From positions 7,768 through 71,767 of the forward strand of contig JAJFBM010000003.1 in the NCBI GenBank assembly GCA_020697135.1: a stretch of 64,000 nucleotides of DNA, read 5' to 3'. The translations under genes and the position numbers were made by a program. Shown here one piece after another: positions 45,608-55,611 of the stretch; positions within the stretch are counted from its first letter, which is position 1; the number at the start of each line of letters is the position of its first letter. Under the pieces are notes generated by a model. It made no database searches. It worked only from the letters and a program-made list of their open reading frames with translations, and was not told where the DNA came from. Origin of the DNA: Rickettsiaceae bacterium (GTDB lineage: Bacteria > Pseudomonadota > Alphaproteobacteria > Rickettsiales > Rickettsiaceae).

Positions 45608-47974
45608 TTAATAAATTTCGCCAGGTGCCTCTGCTGGTGCTGGTTGCGCAGTATCTTCTCCAGGAGTGGAAGGAGCTCTATAAATGGGTGATGGCTCTGT
45701 CCCTGTTTTAAAAGCTTCTATAATAGCATTAGGGCTTTCAGAAGGCGCACCAGTTTTTGGATCTATCTTAATTAAGTTTATGCCTTCTGGAACTGGGAAA
45801 GGCGATAACTCACGTGTTTTTAAAATTTCACCCATAAAATTAATAAATATAGGTAGGGAGATGGTAGCGCCGGTTGCAAATTTCCCCATTGTTCTTGGAG
45901 TATCATAACCAACAAATGTTCCTACTACCATATCAGGTGAAACGCCAATAAAGAAAGCATCTTTACTTTCATTAGTTGTACCAGTTTTACCGCCTAAATT
46001 AGGGCTCAGCTTTTTAGCTGCTTGCCCAGTTCCTCGTTGTACAGCGCCATTTAGGAGTGAGCACATTTGATAAGCAGTTGCTGGATCTGTAATCATTTTA
46101 TGTGGTAAATCTTGAGGATCTGGCGGCATAGAATCATCTGAGCTGTAATTGGCGCATTCATCACAATCTCTTAAATCTCGCTTATATATTACTTTACCAT
46201 TTCTATCTTTAATGACTTCAATATAGTGAGGGCTTATTTCTTTGCCACCATTTGCAAGTATAGAATAGGCATTAGTTAACTTATCTAAGGTAGTCTCAAC
46301 TGCACCAAGTACCATAGAATAATATCTTGGTGGGTTATTATTAATACCGAAGCGCTTTATTACTTCTGCAACCTTATTAATACCAACTTGTTGTGCGACT
46401 CTAATAGTTACAAGATTCCTAGATTTTTCTAAGCCCTCGCGCATCGTAATTAGACCGAGGAAATCTCCCTTATAGTTTTTTGGGCGCCATGTAGGCATTC
46501 CAGGTCCTTGACTTAACTCAATAGGTCCATCATTAAAAATTGTAGTAGGGGATAAACCGCTTTCAAGAGCTGCAAGATATACAAATGGCTTAGCAGTTGA
46601 ACCAGGTTGCCTTTGTGCTTGAGTGCCACGGTCAAATTGACTGTTTTTGAAATCGTATCCACCAACCATAGCAAGGACTCTACCAGTTTTAGGTTCCATT
46701 GCAATCATTGCGCCATTAACGTCTGGAATTTGTCTAAGAGCATATACGCGCCCAGCTTTTAATTCCTCAACAACTATTACATCACCAACTTTAAGAATAG
46801 TTTTTGCTGAGGTTAATGAATAGCGTGCCCATTTCATTTCTTCAAGAGGTATATAAGCCGTAGAGCCATCTTTTAAGCCAATTTTAGCCTTTTCGTCTTT
46901 TACTTCAAGTACAACAGCTAGTTTATATTCAAGCAAGCCCTCTGGCTCTTGAATAAGTTTTAAATTATCAGCCCATTTTTCAAGCTGGATATTGGCAATA
47001 GGTGCTCTATACCCGCGCTTTTTATCAAAGTTACGCAAGCCATCACGTAGCGCATGTTCAGCATATTTTTGGTAATTAGTATTAAGAGATGTTATAATAG
47101 TTAAGCCCCCTGAATATAGTAAATCGCTACCAAACATTTGTACAACTTCTTTACGCACTTGCTCTGCATAATAAGGAGCAGCAGTAATATCTGATTGGTC
47201 TCTTTTCTTTAAAGTAATTGGAGTATTTAGAGTATCATGCATTGCTTGTTTGCTAATATAGCCATCTTCATACATACGGATAAGCACGTAATCTCGTCTT
47301 TGTTTAGCGCGCTTATAGTTGCGTTCAGGGTTAAAGGCTGATGGGGCTTTTGGAAGTCCTGCAAGGAAGGCCGATTCTTCTAAATTTAATTCTTCAACTG
47401 ATTTATTGAAATAGCTTTGGGCAGCAGTCGCAACCCCATATGAATGTTTTCCAAGATAAATTTGGTTCAAATAAAGTTCAAGAATTTGATCTTTAGTAAA
47501 TACCCTTGAGACCATATATGAGAGAATTGCTTCTTTTACTTTTCTTGCTAATGATTGTTCTGAAGTGAGAAGGAAATTTTTAACTACTTGCTGAGTTATT
47601 GTTGATGCTCCTTCCATGCGCTTGCGTTGGATTACGTTTGCAACATTGGAAGTTGCAGCTCTAACAATCCCGACTATATCGACACCAGGATGTTCATAGA
47701 AGTTCTTATCTTCTGCAGCGATGAAAGCCTCAATAAGCGACCTTGGAATGGAACTAATTGGCACAAATATCCGGCGTTCTTTTGCGTATTCCTCAATTAA
47801 TTTACCATCGGCTGAGTATACACGAGTAAGTGCAGGAGGGTGATAATTTGCTAACTGATTATAATCTGGTAAATCGCGAGAATAGTAATAAATAATGTAA
47901 GAAGCGCTAAGAAACGCAAATGCTATACTTAAAAAAATAGCTTTTAATAATAAACTGACGCTTCTAAACATCAT
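45608..47974 (-). CDS. mrcA: Penicillin-binding protein 1A (bifunctional transglycosylase/transpeptidase)
   Basis: 788 aa. GT51 motifs EDKNFYEHPG and STITQQ. Transpeptidase motifs GSTAKPF (SxxK), KSRN and KTGTT. Confidence 0.95.
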   Translation of the reverse strand: MMFRSVSLLLKAIFLSIAFAFLSASYIIYYYSRDLPDYNQLANYHPPALTRVYSADGKLIEEYAKERRIFVPISSIPRSLIEAFIAAEDKNFYEHPGVDIVGIVRAATSNVANVIQRKRMEGASTITQQVVKNFLLTSEQSLARKVKEAILSYMVSRVFTKDQILELYLNQIYLGKHSYGVATAAQSYFNKSVEELNLEESAFLAGLPKAPSAFNPERNYKRAKQRRDYVLIRMYEDGYISKQAMHDTLNTPITLKKRDQSDITAAPYYAEQVRKEVVQMFGSDLLYSGGLTIITSLNTNYQKYAEHALRDGLRNFDKKRGYRAPIANIQLEKWADNLKLIQEPEGLLEYKLAVVLEVKDEKAKIGLKDGSTAYIPLEEMKWARYSLTSAKTILKVGDVIVVEELKAGRVYALRQIPDVNGAMIAMEPKTGRVLAMVGGYDFKNSQFDRGTQAQRQPGSTAKPFVYLAALESGLSPTTIFNDGPIELSQGPGMPTWRPKNYKGDFLGLITMREGLEKSRNLVTIRVAQQVGINKVAEVIKRFGINNNPPRYYSMVLGAVETTLDKLTNAYSILANGGKEISPHYIEVIKDRNGKVIYKRDLRDCDECANYSSDDSMPPDPQDLPHKMITDPATAYQMCSLLNGAVQRGTGQAAKKLSPNLGGKTGTTNESKDAFFIGVSPDMVVGTFVGYDTPRTMGKFATGATISLPIFINFMGEILKTRELSPFPVPEGINLIKIDPKTGAPSESPNAIIEAFKTGTEPSPIYRAPSTPGEDTAQPAPAEAPGEIY

Positions 47975-48001
47975 AAACTTCCTCTATCTCAACGAGTTTT
48001 A

Positions 48002-49369
48002 TTAACTTGCAAGCCTTTCTTTAACCCTTGGTGTAACCTCATCAAGTAAAGTACCAGTTAAGCTTGTTGCAAAGGCTTGTTCGATTTTTACGTTAAAAAT
48101 TCTACCAATTAAATCTTTGCTTCCTTCAATATATACAGATTGCATATAAGGAGTTTTACCAACTATATGCCCTTCATATTTACCATCTTTTTCAAATAAT
48201 ACAGGTAAAATTTGACCTATGCTTGCTTGATTACATTCAAACTGTTGTTTGCTTAACTCATCTTGCAGAATCTTAAGCCTTTCATCCTTTATATGCTCTG
48301 GTACTTGCTCTTTAACAGCAGCAGGTGTTCCAGGGCGAGGACTATATTTGAAAGAATAGCATTGACCATATCTTACACGCTTCACTAAATCAAGTGTATC
48401 TTCAAAATCTTTATCACTCTCACCAGGGAAGCCAACTATAATATCTGAAGACATCACAATATCAGGACGAGCAGCTTTAAGCTTATCAATTATAGTAAAA
48501 TATTCTTCTCTTGTATGTTTGCGGTTCATTGCCTTCAAAATTGAATTTGACCCTGATTGGATAGGAAGATGCAAATATGGCATAAGCTTTGGCTCGCTGC
48601 CATGCAACTCTATTAGCTCATCAGTCATATCTCTTGGGTGAGAGGTTGTATATCTTATACGCTCAATTCCATCGATTTTTGCAATATGACGAATTAAGTC
48701 AGCAAGACTTAGGACTTTCCCTTCATTATTTAACCCATGATAAGCATTCACATTTTGTCCAAGCAGATTAATTTCTCTGGCGCCTTGTGACGCAACTAGT
48801 AATGCTTCGCGGTATATTTTCTCAAATGGACGAGAAAATTCAGCACCTCGTGTATAGGGCACAACGCAGAAAGTACAGAATTTATCACAACCTTCTTGTA
48901 TAGAAATAAAAGCAGAAGCACCTTGCGGGCTTAATGATTCTGGTAATTTATCAAATTTTGCTTCTTCAACAAAATCAAGCTCTATTAAGTGTTTTTCTTT
49001 TCTTGCAAGTTTTGCAAGTAACTCTGGCAATGTGTGATAGGATTGTGGGCCAACTACTATATCAACATAAGGAGCTCTTTTGAATATTTCATCACCCTCA
49101 GCTTGGCTAACGCAGCCTGCAACAGCAATAATAGTTTTGTTAAAACCAGCCTTTTGGCGAGCGTCACTTAAATTTCTAATGCGGCCAAGTTCTGAATAGA
49201 CTTTTTCTGCAGCCTTTTCCCTAATATGACAAGTATTAAGGATAATCATATCAGCATCATCCATATTTTCTGTCGGCTGGAAACCAAATGGCGCTAGAAC
49301 ATCTTGCATTCTTAATGAATCATATACATTCATTTGGCAGCCGTAGGTTTTAATATGTAATTTCTTCAT
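48002..49369 (-). CDS. miaB: tRNA-i6A37 methylthiotransferase MiaB
   Basis: 455 aa. N-terminal UPF0004 cysteines ([17 protein letters not shown]), radical-SAM CDKFCTFC, and a TRAM domain. Confidence 0.95.
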   Translation of the reverse strand: MKKLHIKTYGCQMNVYDSLRMQDVLAPFGFQPTENMDDADMIILNTCHIREKAAEKVYSELGRIRNLSDARQKAGFNKTIIAVAGCVSQAEGDEIFKRAPYVDIVVGPQSYHTLPELLAKLARKEKHLIELDFVEEAKFDKLPESLSPQGASAFISIQEGCDKFCTFCVVPYTRGAEFSRPFEKIYREALLVASQGAREINLLGQNVNAYHGLNNEGKVLSLADLIRHIAKIDGIERIRYTTSHPRDMTDELIELHGSEPKLMPYLHLPIQSGSNSILKAMNRKHTREEYFTIIDKLKAARPDIVMSSDIIVGFPGESDKDFEDTLDLVKRVRYGQCYSFKYSPRPGTPAAVKEQVPEHIKDERLKILQDELSKQQFECNQASIGQILPVLFEKDGKYEGHIVGKTPYMQSVYIEGSKDLIGRIFNVKIEQAFATSLTGTLLDEVTPRVKERLAS

Positions 49370-49409
49370 TATAACTAACCTAAATTCAATAACTTTAATT
49401 ATATAGAAA

Positions 49410-49546
49410 TTTTGGTATAACCCGCTATCGCTTGCTGAGTGTTAGGAGTATAGGGAGTGCAGAACCGGAGCGTACTTGTCGTACGTGAGGATTCGAGCAC
49501 CTAGGCGACGCCACAATCATCAGCGATAGGTAGGGTTATGCCAAAA
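49410..49546. mobile_element. GC-rich MITE / RPE-like palindromic element, family B
   Basis: The terminal inverted repeats are ttttggtataacccgctatcgct and agcgataggtagggttatgccaaaa. The core is much more GC-rich than its surroundings (gcagaaccggagcgtacttgtcgtacgtgaggattcgagcacctaggcgacgcc). It lies between miaB and the ABC-2 permease gene. Confidence 0.65.
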
Positions 49547-49639
49547 CTATTGTGTTTTGACTTGCTAAAAATGGAATATATATATAACATACTTTCTTAA
49601 TAAACTACATAACTTTTTTAAGAAACAAGAGTTTTACTT

Positions 49640-50422
49640 ATGAGTAATAATACAGCTAATATTAACTGGCTTGGGGCTTATACCTTATATATACGCGAGG
49701 TAAGGAGATTTTTAAAAGTTTATCATCAAACATTAATTGCCCCAGCCGTAACTTCAATGATATTTCTAGCAATTTTTGTGTTAGCGCTTGGCGATGTTAA
49801 ATCTGATATTAATGGTGTAGAATTTAAACAATTTATGGGCTATGGCTTAATCATCATGACTATGGTGCAAAATGCCTTTGCTAACACATCATCGTCTCTT
49901 ATCATGAGTAAAGTTATAGGTTATATAATTGATATTTTAACGCCGCCACTTTCTTCAAAGGAAATTATCATTGCTTATTCTTTAGGCGCGTTAACACGAG
50001 CGTTATTGACAGGTATTATAGTAGCTTTTTCATTCTCGTTTTTTATTGAATATAGCGTGCACCATGCAGGGTTGTTAGTATTTTATTCAGTCTTTTCATG
50101 CTTACTTCTTGCTCAACTTGGTATTTTCTCAGGTATTGCTGCAAATAGCTTTGATCAAAGTGCGGCAATTACTAGCTATATTATTACTCCATTATCGTTT
50201 TTATCAGGAACATTTTATTCAGTTGAAAGGCTTCCTGCATTTTTAAAAGCGATTAATCAATTTAACCCCTTCTTTTATATGATTGATGGGTTTAGATATT
50301 CGCTCACTAACCATGCAGATAGTAATATAGAATTTGGAGTAGGTTACCTAATATTCATTAATATAGCGCTATTCTTCCTGCTTGATTGCTTATTCCGTAA
50401 AGGCTGGCGTATTAAATCTTGA
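49640..50422 (+). CDS. ABC-2-type transporter permease (no adjacent ATPase gene)
   Basis: 260 aa with 6 TM helices. YIREVRRFLKVYHQTLIAPAVTSMIFLAIF is typical of YadH/NodJ-like ABC-2 permeases. Confidence 0.8.
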   Translation: MSNNTANINWLGAYTLYIREVRRFLKVYHQTLIAPAVTSMIFLAIFVLALGDVKSDINGVEFKQFMGYGLIIMTMVQNAFANTSSSLIMSKVIGYIIDILTPPLSSKEIIIAYSLGALTRALLTGIIVAFSFSFFIEYSVHHAGLLVFYSVFSCLLLAQLGIFSGIAANSFDQSAAITSYIITPLSFLSGTFYSVERLPAFLKAINQFNPFFYMIDGFRYSLTNHADSNIEFGVGYLIFINIALFFLLDCLFRKGWRIKS

Positions 50423-50485
50423 AGTGGAGCCAAATTTGAGGTGGCTCTATAGCCAACCCCAGATTAAGCTATTATCTTAATTAAT

Positions 50486-51184
50486 TCAAAAATTATTATC
50501 TTCGACAGAAGTTACTACCCCTGTAACATCTGTTTCTTCGTCTAGTTTATTTAATAGAGTATGGTTTTGTATTTCTAGATTACTCTGGTTAGTACATAGC
50601 TTTATAACCATTCCCGTTAAATCAGCAATTTGCTTATTTAGCTCATGAAGGCTTTTAACTTGCTCATCAAGCCTTTTACCATTATCTTCTATTCTTTCTA
50701 CAAGATTTGGGGAAGTAACTTTAGAGGAAGTAATTGCGAGTTCCTCAAATATATTTTCTATCTCTCCTGCTTCAACCAATCTTTTTATAGTGCTTTTGAT
50801 AATATCAATCGCCATAATATCATCAAAAATATATTTAACAGCTGTATCTTTTATAAAATCGTTGCTTTTAGGTAATTTTATTATCTCTACCAGATCTTTA
50901 ATCGCAAGATTTACTTCGCCAATTTCTGTATATAATTTACTTCTTTCTGCTAAATAAAGTCGGTCATAGGGCGCGAGCTCTACTGCTTTACTATGACATG
51001 TTAGCGCTTCTTCAATATATTTTTTGTCGTTTATTAATTTGTATAATTTTACAAGAGCTTTTGCTTTTGAATTATAAAAACTAGGACGTTGTGGGGCATG
51101 TGCGATTCCATAATCACAATCACTAATTTTATCTAGTAAATCTTTAATTTCGCTTTCATCTTGTTTAGAGTTTTGTCCTTGCAT
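50486..51184 (-). CDS. TPR-like plus coiled-coil protein, effector-like, with the acidic C-terminal tail motif
   Basis: 232 aa. TPR-like helices (KKYIEEALTCHSKAVELAPYDRLYLAERSKLYTEIGEVNLAIKDL) and a C-terminal heptad region. The tail is LLNKLDEETDVTGVVTSVEDNNF. Confidence 0.5.
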   Translation of the reverse strand: MQGQNSKQDESEIKDLLDKISDCDYGIAHAPQRPSFYNSKAKALVKLYKLINDKKYIEEALTCHSKAVELAPYDRLYLAERSKLYTEIGEVNLAIKDLVEIIKLPKSNDFIKDTAVKYIFDDIMAIDIIKSTIKRLVEAGEIENIFEELAITSSKVTSPNLVERIEDNGKRLDEQVKSLHELNKQIADLTGMVIKLCTNQSNLEIQNHTLLNKLDEETDVTGVVTSVEDNNF

Positions 51185-51224
51185 GATTTTAATTCATTTT
51201 TTTACCTTATTGAATTAAAATCAT
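51183..51224 (-). promoter_or_regulatory. 14-bp-stem hairpin abutting and overlapping the start codon of the TPR/coiled-coil gene
   Basis: The perfect inverted repeat atgattttaattca (51183-96) / tgaattaaaatcat (51211-24) has a 14-nt loop. In the mRNA the 3' arm ends in the AU of the AUG. Confidence 0.35.
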
Positions 51225-51446
51225 ATTTAATATTAAGCGTCAATGGTTAGGCTAATTTTTCTTTACAGGTTTCTTTAGTCCTTCCTTGTTTCGTGGCTTT
51301 CCAATCATAAGTTTTATATTTATCCATTATTCTCGACTTGAAATATAGCCTATTAGGCCATATAGTTTTTCTTTATTGTGTATAACACTATATCGAAGAA
51401 CCTCAAGCTTCTCTAAAGGAACAATAATTAAATTAAGGATAGAACT

Positions 51447-52220
51447 ATGCCCAAAAAGAAGAAAAATAACCAAAAAACCCTTCCAGCGAAAGATGCTGCT
51501 ATGCTTGAATTAAAACCTTTAAGCGAAAAGCTAGAGTTGGAAGCTGCAGATAATATTAAGTTTATAACCCCTGACGCACATGAAGATTTAACCGATCTTT
51601 GTAAATTGATAAATTATAGGCACCTCGAAGAGTTTATGGGGAGTAATAAAAATAAAAATACTGAAGAAGCTTTGAAGCTTATCAAGATTTACGATAGGGC
51701 TCATTTAAAAGAATATAAATATGTCGGTGAGTCTTATCTTATGCTTGCTGTCAAAAACGGACTTCCTGAAGTTGCAAAGGCTTTATTGCCATTCTCGGAT
51801 ATAAATTACAAAAGTATTTTTAGCGGGAAAACAGTTCTACATATAGCCGCGCATAAGTATAATATAGAGTTGTATAAATTTCTTGAAGAAGATGGAGCTG
51901 ATACGACTATCACTGATAATTCAGGTCGTACTGCAAAAGACTGGATTAAGGAAAATACCTCCCATATAGGAATGTATAAAATCTATGGATATTATGCCCA
52001 AGCAGAAGCAATTGAGTTAATGGCTAAAGCAATTCTTGCCCCCGAGGAGATAAATAAGGCTCAACAAAGGGACGAGTATAAAAGCCTTATTTCTAAGCAG
52101 GATTTGTTACAGCCTAGTCTAGGCAAGGAAGAGCTACCTGATATAACTAGTGATAAAAATGAATTAAATCCTTTAAGCGATATAGTAAAGCTCTCAGGAG
52201 AAGCTGAGATTGAGTCATGA
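51447..52220 (+). CDS. Ankyrin-repeat protein (effector-like) with the acidic C-terminal tail motif
   Basis: 257 aa. A basic N-terminus (MPKKKKNNQK) and ANK repeats (GESYLMLAVKNGLPEVAKALLPF, GKTVLHIAAHKYNIELYKFLEEDGAD). The tail is ELNPLSDIVKLSGEAEIES. Confidence 0.8.
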   Translation: MPKKKKNNQKTLPAKDAAMLELKPLSEKLELEAADNIKFITPDAHEDLTDLCKLINYRHLEEFMGSNKNKNTEEALKLIKIYDRAHLKEYKYVGESYLMLAVKNGLPEVAKALLPFSDINYKSIFSGKTVLHIAAHKYNIELYKFLEEDGADTTITDNSGRTAKDWIKENTSHIGMYKIYGYYAQAEAIELMAKAILAPEEINKAQQRDEYKSLISKQDLLQPSLGKEELPDITSDKNELNPLSDIVKLSGEAEIES

Positions 52221-52346
52221 GCTGAAATATGTATTCAAGATAGCTGAGGTTGTACAATAATTACAATATAAAATAAGAGATAAATTTAACTACTTAGCTG
52301 TGAAACAAAATATTTTATTTTTATCATAAATGTTGAGCGAAGCTTT

Positions 52347-52372
52347 GCAATCCCTGCCTAAACAGGGACTGC
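52347..52372. terminator. GC-rich hairpin between convergent genes
   Basis: gcaatccctg-cctaaa-cagggactgc (one mismatch). No strong T-tract. Confidence 0.35.
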
Positions 52373-52410
52373 ATTGAAAAGTTAAATTCGAGAGGTTTTA
52401 GATATATATC

Positions 52411-53616
52411 TTAACTATGGATGGTCTTAAGTAACATTTCCATAAAATATCTTATATCAATTTGATTAACAGGGAGATTATAATCTATTTTCCCTTTTAA
52501 CTCCTTTGGCTCATATACATATATATTACTTATAATACTGAGCGCCAGTTTTTTAGCAGGAATATAAATATATTCTCCTCTAATACCAATTGCATTACCA
52601 CCATGTAAATAAAATGTGTCACCATTATGTGGCTTAACAACAAAAATACCGTAACCTATGTGAGAATCATAACCTTGAAGTGAAGGCGTTTTTGCATAAG
52701 GCGTTGTCATTAATTTATAAGACTCTGCAGATATAACCTTGCCATTATGAAGCGCATGGTTCCAAGTATTAAGATCATCTAAATTAGAAATAACACCACC
52801 GTCAGAGAATGGCGCTAGAATTAAACTATTATCAACAGGAATGAATTTAGGCTGATCGTTGGTAGGAATAGCATTATATCTTTTTGGGAAATCTTTAATT
52901 TTGCCAAATTGGAAGTCTAAAGCTTTTTTAAGTGTTGCAAGCTCAGTATTCTTCATCCCTAGAGGCTTAAATAATTCATCTTTAAAGAAGTCTCGTAGAG
53001 TTTTACCAGATAGTTCTTCAATAATTAAACCAAGAAGTACATATCCAGTATTAGAATATTGGAACTGCTTACCAGGATTAAAATTCAGAGGCTGAGTTTT
53101 TGCATAGTCAACTATTGATTTATTGATCTCTTTATGCGGCTTTGCCACATCAAGTTTAACAGAAAATATATATTCAGGTAGTCCACTTGTATGAGTTAAA
53201 AGTTGGTGCAAAGTTACTTTATTTGCCCATTCAGGAAGCTCGCCAGCAAAATAATATGAATCCTTGGTTAAATATTTAGACACAACATCATTAACATTAA
53301 GCTTGCCTCTCTCTTGCAGTTTGAGGATTGCTGCTGCAGTCATTTGCTTTGTTCCAGATGCAATTGCCATTCTATTATTTACCTTTAATGGCTTTTTATT
53401 TTCTATATCAAAATAACCGCTTGCACCGTTTACTAGTAATTTATCATCCTGTTCAATTGCATATATAGCATTAAGCGTATGAGTCTTTTTATATTCAGCA
53501 ATATTTTTCTCTAAATTAGATTTAAGAGCAGCTGTATGTTGTTCGCAAGCATATGAAAAATTACTTACAACCATTATTATGCTGATAACAGCAAATCGTA
53601 TGAATCTTTTTGTCAT
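52411..53616 (-). CDS. Secreted serine hydrolase of the class-C beta-lactamase / PBP4*-like family
   Basis: 401 aa with a signal peptide. SxxK is ASGTKQM, the YxN motif is YSNTGY, and the third motif is HGGN. Confidence 0.85.
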   Translation of the reverse strand: MTKRFIRFAVISIIMVVSNFSYACEQHTAALKSNLEKNIAEYKKTHTLNAIYAIEQDDKLLVNGASGYFDIENKKPLKVNNRMAIASGTKQMTAAAILKLQERGKLNVNDVVSKYLTKDSYYFAGELPEWANKVTLHQLLTHTSGLPEYIFSVKLDVAKPHKEINKSIVDYAKTQPLNFNPGKQFQYSNTGYVLLGLIIEELSGKTLRDFFKDELFKPLGMKNTELATLKKALDFQFGKIKDFPKRYNAIPTNDQPKFIPVDNSLILAPFSDGGVISNLDDLNTWNHALHNGKVISAESYKLMTTPYAKTPSLQGYDSHIGYGIFVVKPHNGDTFYLHGGNAIGIRGEYIYIPAKKLALSIISNIYVYEPKELKGKIDYNLPVNQIDIRYFMEMLLKTIHS

Positions 53617-53648
53617 ATTTTAAGTCTCTAATTAGTTATAATAAATTG

Positions 53649-55463
53649 TTAAGCCTGATTTCTCTCAAGCATTTTCTTGACTGAAGGACTATGCATGATA
53701 TTTAGTTCCTTCATTTGCTTATCCTCTACAAGAGATGGCGCATTCATCAATAGATCTTCAGCTTGTTGGTTGAATGGGAAGGTAATAACTTCTCTAATAT
53801 TAGGAGCGTCAGCAAGAAGCATCACGATTCTATCAATACCTGGCGCTATACCACCATGCGGAGGTGCCCCAAATTTGAAAGCTCTAATCATCCCGCCGAA
53901 TCTCTCATCTACCACTTGATTGTTATATCCAACTATTTCAAATGCCTTATACATTATCTCTGGCTTATGGTTTCTTATGGCGCCGCTTGAAAGCTCATAA
54001 CCATTGCAAACAATATCATATTGATGAGCTGTAATTTCTAAAAGCTCTTCTGTAGTTTTAGCTGATTCTAATGCGCTAAGCCCACCTTTTGGCATAGAGA
54101 ATGGGTTATGATAAAAATCAAGCGCTTTTTTCTCTTCGCTCCACTCATATAATGGGAAGTCAACAATCCAGCAGAATTTGTAACAATCCTTCTCAAGCAA
54201 GTCTAACATTTGACCAAGCTTAACCCTTACCTTCCCAGCAAGTTTAGCTGCAGGTTCTTTTGCATTTGATGAGAAGAATACAGCATCACCATCTTTAAGA
54301 CCGGCTTGTTTTTTTAGCTGCTTTAATTTCTCTTCGCTTAAGAATTTAGCAATAGGCCCTTTAGCACTGCCATCTTCAGCAAAAACAATATAGCCAAGGC
54401 CTGCTGCACCTTCTGATATAGCAAATTTAAGCATTTCATCAAAGAAGCTTCGAGGTTGGGCAGCACAATTTGGCGCAGGTATTGCACGGACAACTGAGCC
54501 TTTACTAATATTTTCTCTAAAAATTGCAAAGTCAGAATCACGGAAAATCTCAGTAACATCTGATATAATAATAGGGTTACGTAGATCAGGCTTATCTGAA
54601 CCATATTTAAGCATTGCATCGCGATGTGTAATCCTCGGGAAAGGAGTATCGGTTATTTTCTTATCAGAAAATTTCTTAAATACATTATACATTACTGGCT
54701 CAATGCTTGAAAACACATCTTCTTCAGTCACATAAGACATTTCAACATCTAGCTGATAGAATTCGCCAGGAGAACGATCTGCTCTTGCATCTTCGTCTCT
54801 AAAGCATGGTGCTATTTGGAAATACTTATCAAAGCCTGAAACCATCAATAACTGTTTAAATTGCTGTGGCGACTGTGGCAATGCATAAAATTTTCCTGGA
54901 TGTAATCTGCTTGGGATTAAGAAATCTCTTGCACCTTCTGGCGAGCTAGCTGTTAAGATTGGCGTTTGGAATTCCATAAACCCTTGCTCAATCATTAAGC
55001 GTCTAATTTCAGCAATAACATTTGAGCGAAGAATAATATTCTTATGTAAATGCTCGCGACGAAGATCAAGGAAACGATATTTAAGCCTTAAATCTTCTGG
55101 CGCTTCTTGCTCAGTATTTACCAGGAACGGTAGAACCTCAGCTTCAGACTCAATATTATATTCTTGCACTAAAACTTCTATATCACCTGTATCAATATTT
55201 TGGTTTACTGTATCTTTTGACCTAGCAACGACTTTACCTACTATTGTTACAACGCTCTCAACTCTTGTATGGCTTGCCTTATCACGTAGAGCCTCGTCTT
55301 TATCATCAAAAACAAGCTGTGTAATTCCATAATGATCTCTAACATCAATGAATAAGATATTACCATGATCTCTTTTACGATGGATCCAACCTGAAAGCTT
55401 TACTTTCTCGCCAACATGGCCTTTTCTAAGCTCGTTACAATTATGTGTTCTAAATTTATGCAT
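53649..55463 (-). CDS. aspS: Aspartyl-tRNA synthetase
   Basis: I set the start to ATG 55463 ([13 protein letters not shown]). Class II motifs are [10 protein letters not shown], the GAD insertion domain, and [14 protein letters not shown]. Confidence 0.95.
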   Translation of the reverse strand: MHKFRTHNCNELRKGHVGEKVKLSGWIHRKRDHGNILFIDVRDHYGITQLVFDDKDEALRDKASHTRVESVVTIVGKVVARSKDTVNQNIDTGDIEVLVQEYNIESEAEVLPFLVNTEQEAPEDLRLKYRFLDLRREHLHKNIILRSNVIAEIRRLMIEQGFMEFQTPILTASSPEGARDFLIPSRLHPGKFYALPQSPQQFKQLLMVSGFDKYFQIAPCFRDEDARADRSPGEFYQLDVEMSYVTEEDVFSSIEPVMYNVFKKFSDKKITDTPFPRITHRDAMLKYGSDKPDLRNPIIISDVTEIFRDSDFAIFRENISKGSVVRAIPAPNCAAQPRSFFDEMLKFAISEGAAGLGYIVFAEDGSAKGPIAKFLSEEKLKQLKKQAGLKDGDAVFFSSNAKEPAAKLAGKVRVKLGQMLDLLEKDCYKFCWIVDFPLYEWSEEKKALDFYHNPFSMPKGGLSALESAKTTEELLEITAHQYDIVCNGYELSSGAIRNHKPEIMYKAFEIVGYNNQVVDERFGGMIRAFKFGAPPHGGIAPGIDRIVMLLADAPNIREVITFPFNQQAEDLLMNAPSLVEDKQMKELNIMHSPSVKKMLERNQA

Positions 55464-55611
55464 TTGTGAATACCGCCTTATATATGTATAAATACACAAT
55501 TATTGTGTATTATTGATATAAAATACTACTAATAGTATACTCATATGCACTATTAGTATAGTTAATGAGCTTATATATATAAAATTAATGTAGTTTTAGC
55601 AATTAAAAAAT

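Noticed and set aside
53649-55499. Longer N-terminal versions of track ORFs (aspS from 55499, and the membrane protein 19554..20312 overlapping greA)
   Set aside because: Internal ATGs at 55463 and 20174 give N-termini that match the conserved protein starts and remove the overlaps with the neighbouring promoter and gene.
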